From Nostoc sp. PCC 7120 = FACHB-418 (GTDB lineage Bacteria > Cyanobacteriota > Cyanobacteriia > Cyanobacteriales > Nostocaceae), in NCBI RefSeq assembly GCF_000009705.1, contig NC_003272.1, forward strand, positions 5,220,001 through 5,252,000: DNA of 32,000 bases. The letters are read 5' to 3'. The first letter of the stretch is position 1. The number at the start of each line of letters is the position of its first letter. A program made the position numbers and the translations under genes. A model generated the notes under the pieces. It did not search any database and was not told the origin of the DNA. It saw only the letters and a program-made list of their open reading frames with translations. This document shows, piece after piece, positions 9,904 to 18,550 of this stretch.

Positions 9904-10473
9904 GCTTCCTCGGCTCCTTTGATGCGTGTTCTCTACTAGATTTTCTTGGGGACTCATGCCGCCCAAGAGAGATTTTTTTGTTCGGCAATATCAGTTTTTT
10001 ATCAGAAAAAGCTTGCCCAATGGGCATTTTGTCGTTCATCTGACACAAATCGATATAAAAATCGCAAACTTTATCAACAAACATTAATAAATAATAAGAG
10101 TAAACACTCAGTATTTGTAAAGAAAAATTAATATTTCGGTAACAGTCTTGGTAAAAGATGAAAAAAATAAAAAACTCCAGCCACAAGGGGATAGAGTTTT
10201 CGTCAGTAGTCAGTAGTTGGTGGTCAGTAGCAAAGCGAAAAGTGTAGTCTTAGGTTCTACCTACCCAAGAGGAGCGACTTTTCCAGAAGAAGCCTAAAAA
10301 GAACCCAAGAGGAAATGGTGTATTAAACTAGATACTTGTCAAAGACTGACACGCACTTTGATGAGTTAAAAATAATTAAATTTATATTTGAGTAACAATT
10401 TTTAAGCAAGTACAAATAGAATTAAAAAAGTAAATTATATAACATTTCTGAACGTAATATTACGCACTAAATT

Positions 10474-12168
10474 ATGGAACAGCTGCTTGACAATCGTTAT
10501 CGGGTGATTAAAACCTTGGGTAGTGGTGGCTTTGGGGAAACATTCTTAGCCGAAGATAGCCAAATGCCCTCCAACCGTCGTTGTGTAGTAAAACAGCTCA
10601 GACCAATTCATAATAATCCCCAGATTTATCAACTCGTACAAGAACGTTTTCAAAGAGAAGCGGCAATTTTAGAAGATTTGGGTAGCTACTCAGGACAAAT
10701 ACCCACCTTATATGCTTATTTCCAGTCGAATACCCAATTCTACGTAGTTCAAGAATGGGTAGAAGGGGATACCCTCACAGCCAAACTTAAACAGCAAGGC
10801 GTATTGAGTGAAAGCGCCGTTCGAGATATTTTAATCAACTTATTACCCGTTCTGGAGTACGTCCACTCCAAGCGCATCATTCACCGCGACATCAAACCAG
10901 ACAACATAATTTTGCGCCATCGTGACGGTAAACCTGTATTGATTGATTTTGGTGCAGTGCGGGAATCAATGGGAACAGTCATTAATTCCCAAGGTAATCC
11001 TACCAGTTCCATTGTCATTGGTACACCCGGATATATGCCCAGCGAGCAAGCAGCCGGAAGACCAGTTTATTCCAGTGATTTATATAGTTTAGGTCTGACA
11101 GCAATTTATTTGCTCACCGGCAAACAGCCACAGGAATTAGAAACAGAACCCCACAGTGGGGAGATTATTTGGCATAGATACGCCTTGAATATAAGTCCTA
11201 CATTAGCAGCTGTGATTGATCGAGCGATCGCCTACCATCCACGAGAACGTTTCACCACCGCGAGAGAAATGCTCGAAGCTTTGCAATTAGGTGTAGTCAG
11301 TTACCCCCCAACAGTTCCCTATCAGCAACCACAATCATCACCCACTGTCCCTTATCAGCAACCACCAGTAGTAACTACACCACCCTTTGCAACTCAAACC
11401 AACACCGTCGCCGTAAGTCCGGGTACTGCACCCACACCACAACCGATAAATCACAACAACAGCAATAAAGGTATCCTCATGGGTAGTTTAATTGCTGGCG
11501 GTTTGATTGGTGCTTCCGTAGTCATTGGCTTTGCCCTCACTAGACCAAATCAGCCTGTAACACAAACAACATCTTTACCTAGTGAAACTACTATCAGCAA
11601 CAATGATACCCCAACTGTGGAACCATCACCCACAGACACCCCTGAAACACCTATAAGTCAGACTGTCACTCAAGATCCCACACCACAGGCATCTGTCCGA
11701 TTTCCCATCAACTCAAGACCTTTTACCACACCTATAGATTCCAAACCCAGAAATACCACCGAACCAACTACATCAGTTCCACAGCCAACCACACCATCAG
11801 AACCCCAAATTACAACCCCAGTAGAAGCAACAGATAGACCTTCACCAGAACAAGCTGTACAAAACTATTACGAAACTATAAATCAGGGCGAATATAGTAC
11901 TGCATGGAATCTGCTAGCTTCCAGCTTCCAAAATAATAGAAAATTGCACCCCAGAGGCTATGATTCCTATCTTGATTGGTGGGGTGGACAAGTGGAAAAT
12001 GTAGATGTGGAACAAGTAAGTTTGCTAAAAGCGAATGCAGACACAGCCACGGTTAATGCTCGGTTGAGATATTTTATGAAAAGTGGCAGGCAATCATCTA
12101 GTTCTGTGCGCTTCTCTTTAGTATGGGATGCGGACAATAATAGATGGGTTGTCAGTGGTGCTAGATAG
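10474..12168 (+). CDS. Hanks-type Ser/Thr protein kinase, membrane-spanning, with a C-terminal extracytoplasmic domain
   Basis: Kinase motifs present: GSGGFGETF, VVKQL, HRDIKPDN, DFG, GTPGYMPSEQ. These are followed by a P/T/Q-rich linker, one TM segment (GILMGSLIAGGLIGASVVIGFAL), a second P/T-rich linker and a globular tail of about 110 aa (AVQNYYETINQGEYSTAWNLL...; calling it NTF2/SnoaL-like is inference). Confidence 0.9.
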   Translation: MEQLLDNRYRVIKTLGSGGFGETFLAEDSQMPSNRRCVVKQLRPIHNNPQIYQLVQERFQREAAILEDLGSYSGQIPTLYAYFQSNTQFYVVQEWVEGDTLTAKLKQQGVLSESAVRDILINLLPVLEYVHSKRIIHRDIKPDNIILRHRDGKPVLIDFGAVRESMGTVINSQGNPTSSIVIGTPGYMPSEQAAGRPVYSSDLYSLGLTAIYLLTGKQPQELETEPHSGEIIWHRYALNISPTLAAVIDRAIAYHPRERFTTAREMLEALQLGVVSYPPTVPYQQPQSSPTVPYQQPPVVTTPPFATQTNTVAVSPGTAPTPQPINHNNSNKGILMGSLIAGGLIGASVVIGFALTRPNQPVTQTTSLPSETTISNNDTPTVEPSPTDTPETPISQTVTQDPTPQASVRFPINSRPFTTPIDSKPRNTTEPTTSVPQPTTPSEPQITTPVEATDRPSPEQAVQNYYETINQGEYSTAWNLLASSFQNNRKLHPRGYDSYLDWWGGQVENVDVEQVSLLKANADTATVNARLRYFMKSGRQSSSSVRFSLVWDADNNRWVVSGAR

Positions 12169-12203
12169 GCTAATTGTTTCCTGGGATATATTTGACCAAG
12201 AAA

Positions 12204-12251
12204 GGGAACAGATAGGTAGTATGGAGTATTACATACTACCTATCTGTTCCC
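12204..12251. terminator. Perfect 20-bp hairpin between convergent genes, likely a bidirectional terminator
   Basis: gggaacagataggtagtatg (12204-12223), loop gagtatta, catactacctatctgttccc (12232-12251). It is followed by TTTTTTG on the + strand and TTTCTTG on the - strand. Confidence 0.75.
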
Positions 12252-12309
12252 TTTTTTGAATCACAGTATAGTGGAGCAAAGTTTGCTAATCAGGTATTAG
12301 AGTAACTTC

Positions 12310-12876
12310 TTATAATCTTGCACACTGATCTTCTTTACTACCTTGGACAATATTGTCACCACCAATCGGCTGAGGAGTATTTTCTTTACACTGCAAATTG
12401 CCCTTAACGCGATTTTGCCGAATCATTACCCCTCCAGTATTTTGAAAGACTTGTAAATTGCCGTCAATTTGGTTTTGATTAGCAACTATTTGTCTTGAGT
12501 TCGACTCCAACTGCAAATCTCCATCGATGCTTGTACTCACCACACGAGCCGCACGACCTTGCTTCACTTGGATGCTTCCACCGACGGTGGTATTAGAATT
12601 TACATCTACTAGACTTGCACCCTCTGCCTGAATACTACCATTGACTTTCGCACCTATGGCCTTGAGAGTTGCGCCGCCTTCGACTACGATATTTCCTTTG
12701 ACGGTAGTTCCAGCGAGGGTGCAGGTTTTACCTTGAGGTACTTTCACATTATCAACGGTGATTGCACCTAGCCTTCTTTGGCAGGAAATCTCTTCAGCAA
12801 CTGCAATGTGAGGGAACATTAGACTAGTGCTGAATCCGATCAATGTCATTGCCACGCTAGAAATTGACTTTAGCAT
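12310..12876 (-). CDS. Secreted repeat protein (beta-solenoid-like), function unknown
   Basis: 188 aa. The N-terminal signal peptide is MLKSISSVAMTLIGFSTSLMFPHIAVA. About six repeats of about 19-20 aa carry the [VI]xG[NSD][IL]Q motif (VKGNIVV, VNGSIQA, VGGSIQV, IDGDLQL, IDGNLQV, VKGNLQC). Cys pairs lie near both ends. Confidence 0.6.
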   Translation of the reverse strand: MLKSISSVAMTLIGFSTSLMFPHIAVAEEISCQRRLGAITVDNVKVPQGKTCTLAGTTVKGNIVVEGGATLKAIGAKVNGSIQAEGASLVDVNSNTTVGGSIQVKQGRAARVVSTSIDGDLQLESNSRQIVANQNQIDGNLQVFQNTGGVMIRQNRVKGNLQCKENTPQPIGGDNIVQGSKEDQCARL

Positions 12877-12899
12877 AACTGGTTTAGGTTGTGGTAAAA

Positions 12900-13058
12900 G
12901 TTGATAGTTAACGCGTTGTGCAACTTATTTTTGAAACCCCTCTCCAAACCTCTCCCCTGCAAGGAGAGAGGCTTTAAATATTGCCCCCCTTCCCTACAAG
13001 GGAAGGGGTTGGGGGTTAGGTTTGAGAGAAAGTTGCACACGGCGTTAGTTATCAATGT
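12900..13058. repeat. MITE-like imperfect palindromic element of about 160 bp
   Basis: The ends are inverted: ttgatagttaacgcgttgtgcaactt versus aagttgcacacggcgttagttatcaa. Internal hairpins are cctctcccctgcaaggagagagg and ccccttccctacaagggaagggg. Both strands give spurious ORFs (12870..13061 and 12901..13092). Confidence 0.6.
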
Positions 13059-13496
13059 CATACAGAAGCATGAAAACTATTTAAATAATTGATGAGAAAA
13101 AACTCATGAATCAGCTAACCTTTTACGCATTTAAATGGTAGATTTCGCACTCAGGTTGTCAAAAATCCACAGTCCACAGTCCAAGCTAGCCTTTAACTCT
13201 GGACTCTTAACTATGGAAAGATCTGACGCAAAAATATTTGCTCTAGGTGCGTATCACCTTATTTAAATTCTCAAAGTAATACCAATTTGAAAAAAGAATG
13301 CGACCAATCAACCATCTGTAGATACGCGATTAATCGCGTCTTCATTTCACCCAATGATGTGTTGCAATCATTAATTGAATTGGTATAGCTACAACAAAAT
13401 TGCCATAGCAATGGGATATCCTGCATATTCGCGGGAACATAACCTATCACCACATCGTGATGTACATTGAGAAAGGGCGGACACTTTGAACTTTCC

Positions 13497-15290
13497 ATGA
13501 CATCTATTCTGCTGAACAATCGCTATCAAGTAATTCAGATACTCGGTGCTGGGGGGTTTGGAGAAACCTTGTTGGCGGAAGATACTCATATGCCTTCTCG
13601 TCGTCGCTGCGTGATTAAGCGACTCAAACCAGTAAGCAACGACCCACAAGCCTATCAATCTATTCAACAACGGTTTGAGAGGGAAGCAGCGACTCTAGAG
13701 TTTTTGGGTGAACACAGCAACCAAATTCCCAGACTATACGCCTATTTTTCCGAGAATGGGCAGTTTTACCTCGTGCAAGAATGGATTCATGGTCACACCC
13801 TCAGACAGCTTTTGGTATCCCAAGGCATTCAAGGCGAAGGTATTGTTAAAACAATTCTGTTGAGTCTGCTATCAGTTTTAGATTATGTCCACAGTAAAGG
13901 GATTATTCACCGAGATATTAAACCCGATAATATAATTCTCCGTGATTTTGACCAAAAGCCAGTTTTGATTGATTTTGGTGCAGTTAAAGAAACCATTCGT
14001 TCAGTCGTCAGTTCCCCAGGATATGCTACCCGATCGCTCGTCATTGGTACACCCGGATATATGCCTAGTGAACAAGCCGTAGGTAGACCAGTTTACGCCA
14101 CTGATATCTATAGCTTAGGTTTGACAGCGATTTATTTGTTAACTGGTAAAAGTCCTGAAGAATTGCCAACTCATCCCCAAACCGGTGAGATTCTTTGGCA
14201 AAACATGGCTCCTCATGTCTCACAGCAACTAGTATCTGTGCTGAATCAAGCCATTAAACCCCACGCAGGCGATCGCTACAGTACTGCCAGTAAAATGTTA
14301 TATGCTTTATCATCTAGTGTGACTGCTCAACCTAGCATCCTTCCCAGCACTACACCAACCCAACAAACCCAAGCTTTATCTATTCCAGCTATTAAACCTC
14401 AAGGCGAACCTCTACGGTGGGCTGAACCCAATCGCCAAAAGTCTCTTTTAATCTTCGGTGGTCTCATAGCAGGTGGTTTAATGGCAGGAGTAGCAATGTC
14501 TACTCTGACGCGTCAGCCACAATCGCAAACACCTGTTGTCAGTAATCCTATCCCTTCACCAGTCTCTCAAATTCCCACCACTGCACCCAATACTCCGCCT
14601 GTTTCCCCAGATTCTATTCTCCCTGATTCCACAGAACAGCCAGTAGCCCCCGACACACCGCCACAACCTGAAACCCGCCAAGAAAACCCTAATCCGCCAG
14701 CAGTATTCACACCCGCACCAGACAACACACCCATCACAGCTGATACTCCAGCACCACAACCCACATCCATACCAGAACCAGAGAATCAACCTGTTCCCGC
14801 ACCCCCAACTCAAGTAGATTCATTACCTCGAAGAAAAGCAAATACAACCAGATCAAGTGTTCCCGCGTTTCCCACAGGTACAGCCAGAAGCACAGTAGAA
14901 GCCACACTCGGTAAACCAAATAGAGACTTAAGAGGTGTGTGGGGCAATACTCGTGCAGTAGTATATCGGTTAGTTCCCAATCAAGTTGACTTAGGATACT
15001 TATTTGATCGTAAATCTGGTGTGCTACGCCAAACTGAAGTTTCTTTTGCTCAGTCGGTAGACCCAGAGATCATGCAAGCTACGCTAAATGGGATGTTGGG
15101 TGGACAATCTACGGCAAAAATTCAGCAAGGCTTACAAAAAATCCAACAACGCCAGTCAGATAATTTTAGCTTTACCTCAGGTGGAGTTAAGGGTCAAATT
15201 GTCCGTCAGAACTGCGATTTAATTTACATTAGTGTTTGGGATTCAGATTTACACGATTTTGTCAACCCAGCATCAGCGAAAAGGTGTTGA
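13497..15290 (+). CDS. Hanks-type Ser/Thr protein kinase, paralog of 10474..12168, membrane-spanning with a different C-terminal domain
   Basis: I moved the start to ATG 13497: MTSILLNNRYQVIQILGAGGFGETLLAEDTHMPSRRRCVIKRL parallels MEQLLDNRYRVIKTLGSGGFGETFLAEDSQMPSNRRCVVKQL. HRDIKPDN, DFG and GTPGYMPSEQ are present. These are followed by a TM segment (LLIFGGLIAGGLMAGVAMSTL), a Pro-rich linker and a tail of about 150 aa unrelated to that of kinase 1. Confidence 0.9.
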   Translation: MTSILLNNRYQVIQILGAGGFGETLLAEDTHMPSRRRCVIKRLKPVSNDPQAYQSIQQRFEREAATLEFLGEHSNQIPRLYAYFSENGQFYLVQEWIHGHTLRQLLVSQGIQGEGIVKTILLSLLSVLDYVHSKGIIHRDIKPDNIILRDFDQKPVLIDFGAVKETIRSVVSSPGYATRSLVIGTPGYMPSEQAVGRPVYATDIYSLGLTAIYLLTGKSPEELPTHPQTGEILWQNMAPHVSQQLVSVLNQAIKPHAGDRYSTASKMLYALSSSVTAQPSILPSTTPTQQTQALSIPAIKPQGEPLRWAEPNRQKSLLIFGGLIAGGLMAGVAMSTLTRQPQSQTPVVSNPIPSPVSQIPTTAPNTPPVSPDSILPDSTEQPVAPDTPPQPETRQENPNPPAVFTPAPDNTPITADTPAPQPTSIPEPENQPVPAPPTQVDSLPRRKANTTRSSVPAFPTGTARSTVEATLGKPNRDLRGVWGNTRAVVYRLVPNQVDLGYLFDRKSGVLRQTEVSFAQSVDPEIMQATLNGMLGGQSTAKIQQGLQKIQQRQSDNFSFTSGGVKGQIVRQNCDLIYISVWDSDLHDFVNPASAKRC

Positions 15291-15340
15291 TAATCAGTAA
15301 TAGTAAAAACCCATTACCCATTACCAACCCAAAAAATTTT

Positions 15341-15625
15341 CTACTTTGCCTGAACTCTAGCTTGTTTTACCATTGCAATCAAGGTGTGATGGGCATCTTC
15401 TGCATCGGCTAAAACATGATCAAAGTGGATACGCACTGGGACAGATTCGCCATTTACTTGTGCGGTTAAATCCATACCTTGAGCATCAATTGCCAGCATT
15501 TGGGCGGATTCGGCCTGGGTAACTCCGCCAAAAACCTGAGCATATAGCACTACCGCATTTGCATGGTCTTCATTCATGTGATTGCAGATGCGTGAGCTAA
15601 TTTCCGCAGAAAACTGTTCAGACAT
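15341..15625 (-). CDS. DUF2470 domain protein (heme-binding-associated fold)
   Basis: 94 aa. The ICNHMNEDHANAVVLYAQVFGG motif resembles the HMN.DH signature of DUF2470, the C-terminal domain of HugZ/GluTRBP-type proteins. This assignment is from memory. Confidence 0.55.
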   Translation of the reverse strand: MSEQFSAEISSRICNHMNEDHANAVVLYAQVFGGVTQAESAQMLAIDAQGMDLTAQVNGESVPVRIHFDHVLADAEDAHHTLIAMVKQARVQAK

Positions 15626-15844
15626 TGTTAAGATGAGGAATCAATAAAATGACTTTATAAATTTTAGGCTAACCGAGCGCAGATTTGTAGGAGTGTGATT
15701 TGACCTTTGTAGCCAGGGCTGATTTTGTCAGAAACATCTACAATAACTTTAAATTCTTCAAGTAGTTTTTACCTATTGTTGCGGAATCCTAACCGCCTAA
15801 ACTGTAGCAAAATTATTCAGCTGAGTTATTCCAGTTAAGAACCG

Positions 15845-16600
15845 ATGAGCCAAACTAGTCAACGTAGAATAGTTATTGGGGATGTACATGGACACTATGA
15901 GGGATTGGTGACCTTATTAGCAGCGATCGCTCCAGGTGGTGATGACCAAGTTTATTTTTTGGGAGACTTAATTGATCGTGGCCCCCACAGCTCATACGTA
16001 ATAGATTTAGTCAGAGACAATAATTATTTTTGTCTGTTGGGAAACCACGAGCAGATGTTATTAAACATCCTTAGTGGTGATATTTCCGTCGCCACAACGC
16101 AAGCATGGCTGCATAGTGGAGGTCATGCAACGATCGCCAGTTATCCAGATCAAAGCATTCCTAAAGAACATTTAGAATGGCTAAGGAGTTTGCCCACATA
16201 CATTGACTTGGGTGACGTTTGGTTGACTCATGCTGGTCTTGACCCTAACCTACCCTTATCAGAACAAACCTCAGAACAGTTTTGCTGGATTAGGGAAGAT
16301 TTTCATAGTATTCCCCAGCCATATTTTCCTGATAAACTAGTAATTATAGGTCACACTATTACATTTACTTTCCCTGGTGTAAATCCTGGTGAATTGGCTC
16401 AAGGACAGGGTTGGCTGGATATAGATACTGGTGCATATCATCCCCGCAGTGGTTGGTTAACCGCATTAGACATCACCAATAATTTAATTTACCAAATTAA
16501 TATTTTTACTAACTGCTTACGCACCTTACCCTTAGAGGAAGGAGTAATTACTGTTGATCCTAAAAAAATAGCGGTTCGCAGTAGCAGACAGCGAGCTTAA
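15845..16600 (+). CDS. PPP-family metallophosphoesterase (Ser/Thr protein phosphatase 1 / PrpA-ApaH-like)
   Basis: Motifs GDVHGHYEGL, GDLIDRGP, GNHE, THAG and IGHT occur in canonical order. Confidence 0.85.
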   Translation: MSQTSQRRIVIGDVHGHYEGLVTLLAAIAPGGDDQVYFLGDLIDRGPHSSYVIDLVRDNNYFCLLGNHEQMLLNILSGDISVATTQAWLHSGGHATIASYPDQSIPKEHLEWLRSLPTYIDLGDVWLTHAGLDPNLPLSEQTSEQFCWIREDFHSIPQPYFPDKLVIIGHTITFTFPGVNPGELAQGQGWLDIDTGAYHPRSGWLTALDITNNLIYQINIFTNCLRTLPLEEGVITVDPKKIAVRSSRQRA

Positions 16601-16634
16601 CAATTCAAAATTCAAGATAAAACAAGTTTCATTC

Positions 16635-16721
16635 AGTGCTGAATGCTGAGTAAGAAAAGTACACTGGGTAAATGCCCCACAAAGTGTGGGTGGTCTTTTA
16701 GATCAGCACTCAGCACTTTTT
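16635..16721 (+). terminator. Long hairpin built from AGCACTC-type heptamers, followed by a T5 run
   Basis: agtgctgaatgctga (16635-16649) pairs with tcagcactcagcact (16703-16717) with one mismatch, then TTTTT. An inner hairpin is cccaca-aag-tgtggg. The right arm ends 3 nt from the stop of the convergent M48 gene. Confidence 0.45.
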
Positions 16722-17577
16722 AAAGTATTGACCGAATTCTAGCGCGATAGGCAGCATTATCTAAGCCATCACGCCCATTACTGCCTTGGGAATTAATAGC
16801 ACGCCTGAGAGAAGTAATGCGATCGCCTGTGGCTGGGTGAGTACTCAAAAATGCCGGCACAGAACCACCACCTTTCGTGAGTTTCTGCATGAATGAAACC
16901 ATCGCCGATGGTGCATAACCCGCTCTTGTTAAAGTTCTTAACCCTCTGGTGTCAGCATCAAACTCATCTTGACGGCTGCGGGGACGGTTTAGTGCTAGTT
17001 CCACACCCAGTCCTACAGCTGTATTGCGGTCTAAACCTGTAGCTGAAGCTAAACCACTAGCCAGCGCTCGTTGTCGCATCTGTTTTACTAGATGTCTACC
17101 GCCGATGTGACCAATTTCATGAGCTATCACACTGGCTAATTCCGCTTCATTGTCTGCGGTTTTCAGTAAACCCGTATGGATATAAACAAAGCCGCCTAAA
17201 GTGGCAAAGGCGTTAACAGCATCATTTTCCACAACTTGGAAGGTAAAAGGAAGATTGGGGCGATCGCTATTTGCAACCAAGCGCTGTCCAATTTGGTCTA
17301 CGTAGCGAGTAATTTCTGCATTCCGAGAAATTTTCACTTCGCTACTACGTAATTGCTGATTCATCTGATTGCCCAGATCAACTTCTTGGCGATCGGATAT
17401 ATTAGACAGCTGAAGTACTTGCACACCTTGTAATAAAAGGGGTCGTAAGTCTATAGCCCTTCCAACCAAAGGTGTACCCAAACATAGACTCACAGCGACT
17501 ACCACCGAAATTAATGGATAAAACCAGCGCCGCCGCCACACACGGTAATTTGCCATTAAGCCTTTCCTGTTCATCAT
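16720..17577 (-). CDS. M48-family zinc metalloprotease (exported or membrane-anchored)
   Basis: Intact HEIGH (VIAHEIGHIGGRH), a downstream EFDAD and STHPATGDRI. The N-terminal hydrophobic segment is WFYPLISVVVAVSLCLGTPLVG. The start is uncertain (GTG 17610, ATG 17577 or ATG 17556). Confidence 0.85.
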   Translation of the reverse strand: MMNRKGLMANYRVWRRRWFYPLISVVVAVSLCLGTPLVGRAIDLRPLLLQGVQVLQLSNISDRQEVDLGNQMNQQLRSSEVKISRNAEITRYVDQIGQRLVANSDRPNLPFTFQVVENDAVNAFATLGGFVYIHTGLLKTADNEAELASVIAHEIGHIGGRHLVKQMRQRALASGLASATGLDRNTAVGLGVELALNRPRSRQDEFDADTRGLRTLTRAGYAPSAMVSFMQKLTKGGGSVPAFLSTHPATGDRITSLRRAINSQGSNGRDGLDNAAYRARIRSIL

Positions 17578-17655
17578 AAATTTGGCTAGAAGATAATTTT
17601 GGAACCACACTAAATAAGAAGACGTATCTATCCTTTTGTAAGTTGCATTTTTAAC

Positions 17656-17690
17656 TTGGTCAGTTGTCAGTCGTCATTTGTCATTGGTCA
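17656..17690. repeat. Five tandem heptamers of the TTGGTCA (STRR2-like) family
   Basis: Read directly: ttggtca gttgtca gtcgtca tttgtca ttggtca. Confidence 0.85.
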
Positions 17691-17863
17691 ATAGTCCACA
17701 GTTCTTTTCTTTCCTTGCTTTCCCTGCCTTTTGCCAATCCCCATTTCTCAACTCATGATAGACTGTCGCGTAAATGCAACTGCCAGCAATGGAAAAGTTG
17801 CGGTGTAACTGATAAAACTTGTTGTTAAAATCAATTACCTCACATTGATTTGGAAAAATTTTT

Positions 17864-18394
17864 ATGGCTATTTTAGATTCCAAAGGTCGCTTGTTTGGCA
17901 AAGTCAACATTCTGGATTTAGGGGCTTTGCTCGTTATTGTGATGGTTATATTTGGCATCTTTGTATTTCCAGGTACTTCTGGTAGTGTTGCCCAAGTCGG
18001 TGCAAAAACAGTACCCATAGAAGTAGATTTGGTTGTTCGCGGTTTAAATGTGCGCGATCCACAACAGTTAGCTGGCAATGGGTTGAAAACAGGCGGTAAA
18101 ACTAAGGTTATTATCCGCAATCAACCTTATGGTGAGATTGAAATTAAGTCTGTGGAACAGTTACCAAGAACCGTAGTCGCTACTCAACCAGATGGTTCTG
18201 TGAAAGAATTACCAGATCCCAAAGCTAATAATTTTAGTACAGATATGCTTTTAACCTTAAACGGTAAAGCCCAAGTTACTAAGGACGGCCCTGTTTTAGG
18301 CAACAGTAAGGTAAAAATTGGTATGCCCTTTGAGTTGGAAGGCTTCAACTACAATTTCAATGCAACTGTCATTGATGTCAGATTACAAAGTTAG
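17864..18394 (+). CDS. DUF4330-like membrane-anchored protein
   Basis: 176 aa. The N-terminus MAILDSKGRLFGKVNILDLGALLVIVMVIFGIFVF fits my recollection of the DUF4330 family signature, with a single N-terminal TM segment. Confidence 0.5.
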   Translation: MAILDSKGRLFGKVNILDLGALLVIVMVIFGIFVFPGTSGSVAQVGAKTVPIEVDLVVRGLNVRDPQQLAGNGLKTGGKTKVIIRNQPYGEIEIKSVEQLPRTVVATQPDGSVKELPDPKANNFSTDMLLTLNGKAQVTKDGPVLGNSKVKIGMPFELEGFNYNFNATVIDVRLQS

Positions 18395-18511
18395 GGATTG
18401 GGGACTGGGGATTGGGGACTGGGGACTAGGGATTGGGGACTAGGGATTGGGGACTGGGGATTGGGGACTGGGGATTGGGGACTGGGGACTGGGGACTAGG
18501 GATTGGGGACT
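18393..18511. repeat. STRR1-type array: 17 uninterrupted heptamers (GGGGACT / GGGGATT / AGGGATT)
   Basis: Counted unit by unit; 119 nt equals 17 x 7. The array begins inside the TAG stop of the upstream gene. The reverse complement is the CCCCAGT family described for heterocystous cyanobacteria. Confidence 0.95.
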
Positions 18512-18550
18512 GGGCAAAACTCTGGAAGTAAGTTCTAGTTCTCTCCCCCC

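Noticed and set aside
9904-9966. N-terminal extensions in the track ORFs of chlH (21 codons), the Uma2 gene (16), kinase 2 (10), hemB (12) and the TPR/M48-like gene (16).
   Set aside because: In each case an internal ATG reproduces the conserved family N-terminus, or the extension overlaps a terminator hairpin. I trimmed the starts accordingly.
12870-13092. Track ORFs 12870..13061 (-) and 12901..13092 (+).
   Set aside because: Both are read-throughs of the palindromic MITE-like element. Such mirror-image pseudo-ORFs are typical artefacts.
14556-14919. Three minus-strand ORFs antisense to the Pro-rich linker of kinase 2, rich in G, W and C.
   Set aside because: They are a compositional artefact of reading CCN-rich sequence in reverse.
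1097-16600. The idea that the vWA proteins, Ser/Thr kinases and phosphatase form a TerY-P-like vWA / kinase / phosphatase triad.
   Set aside because: The vWA pair and the kinases are separated by about 7 kb that includes chlH, hicAB and opposite-strand genes. The phosphatase is PPP-type rather than PP2C. There is no operon structure to support a single system.
17674-18120. A 148-aa minus-strand ORF overlapping the DUF4330 gene and its upstream spacer.
   Set aside because: It overlaps a better-supported gene, has no motifs, and runs through the heptamer tract.
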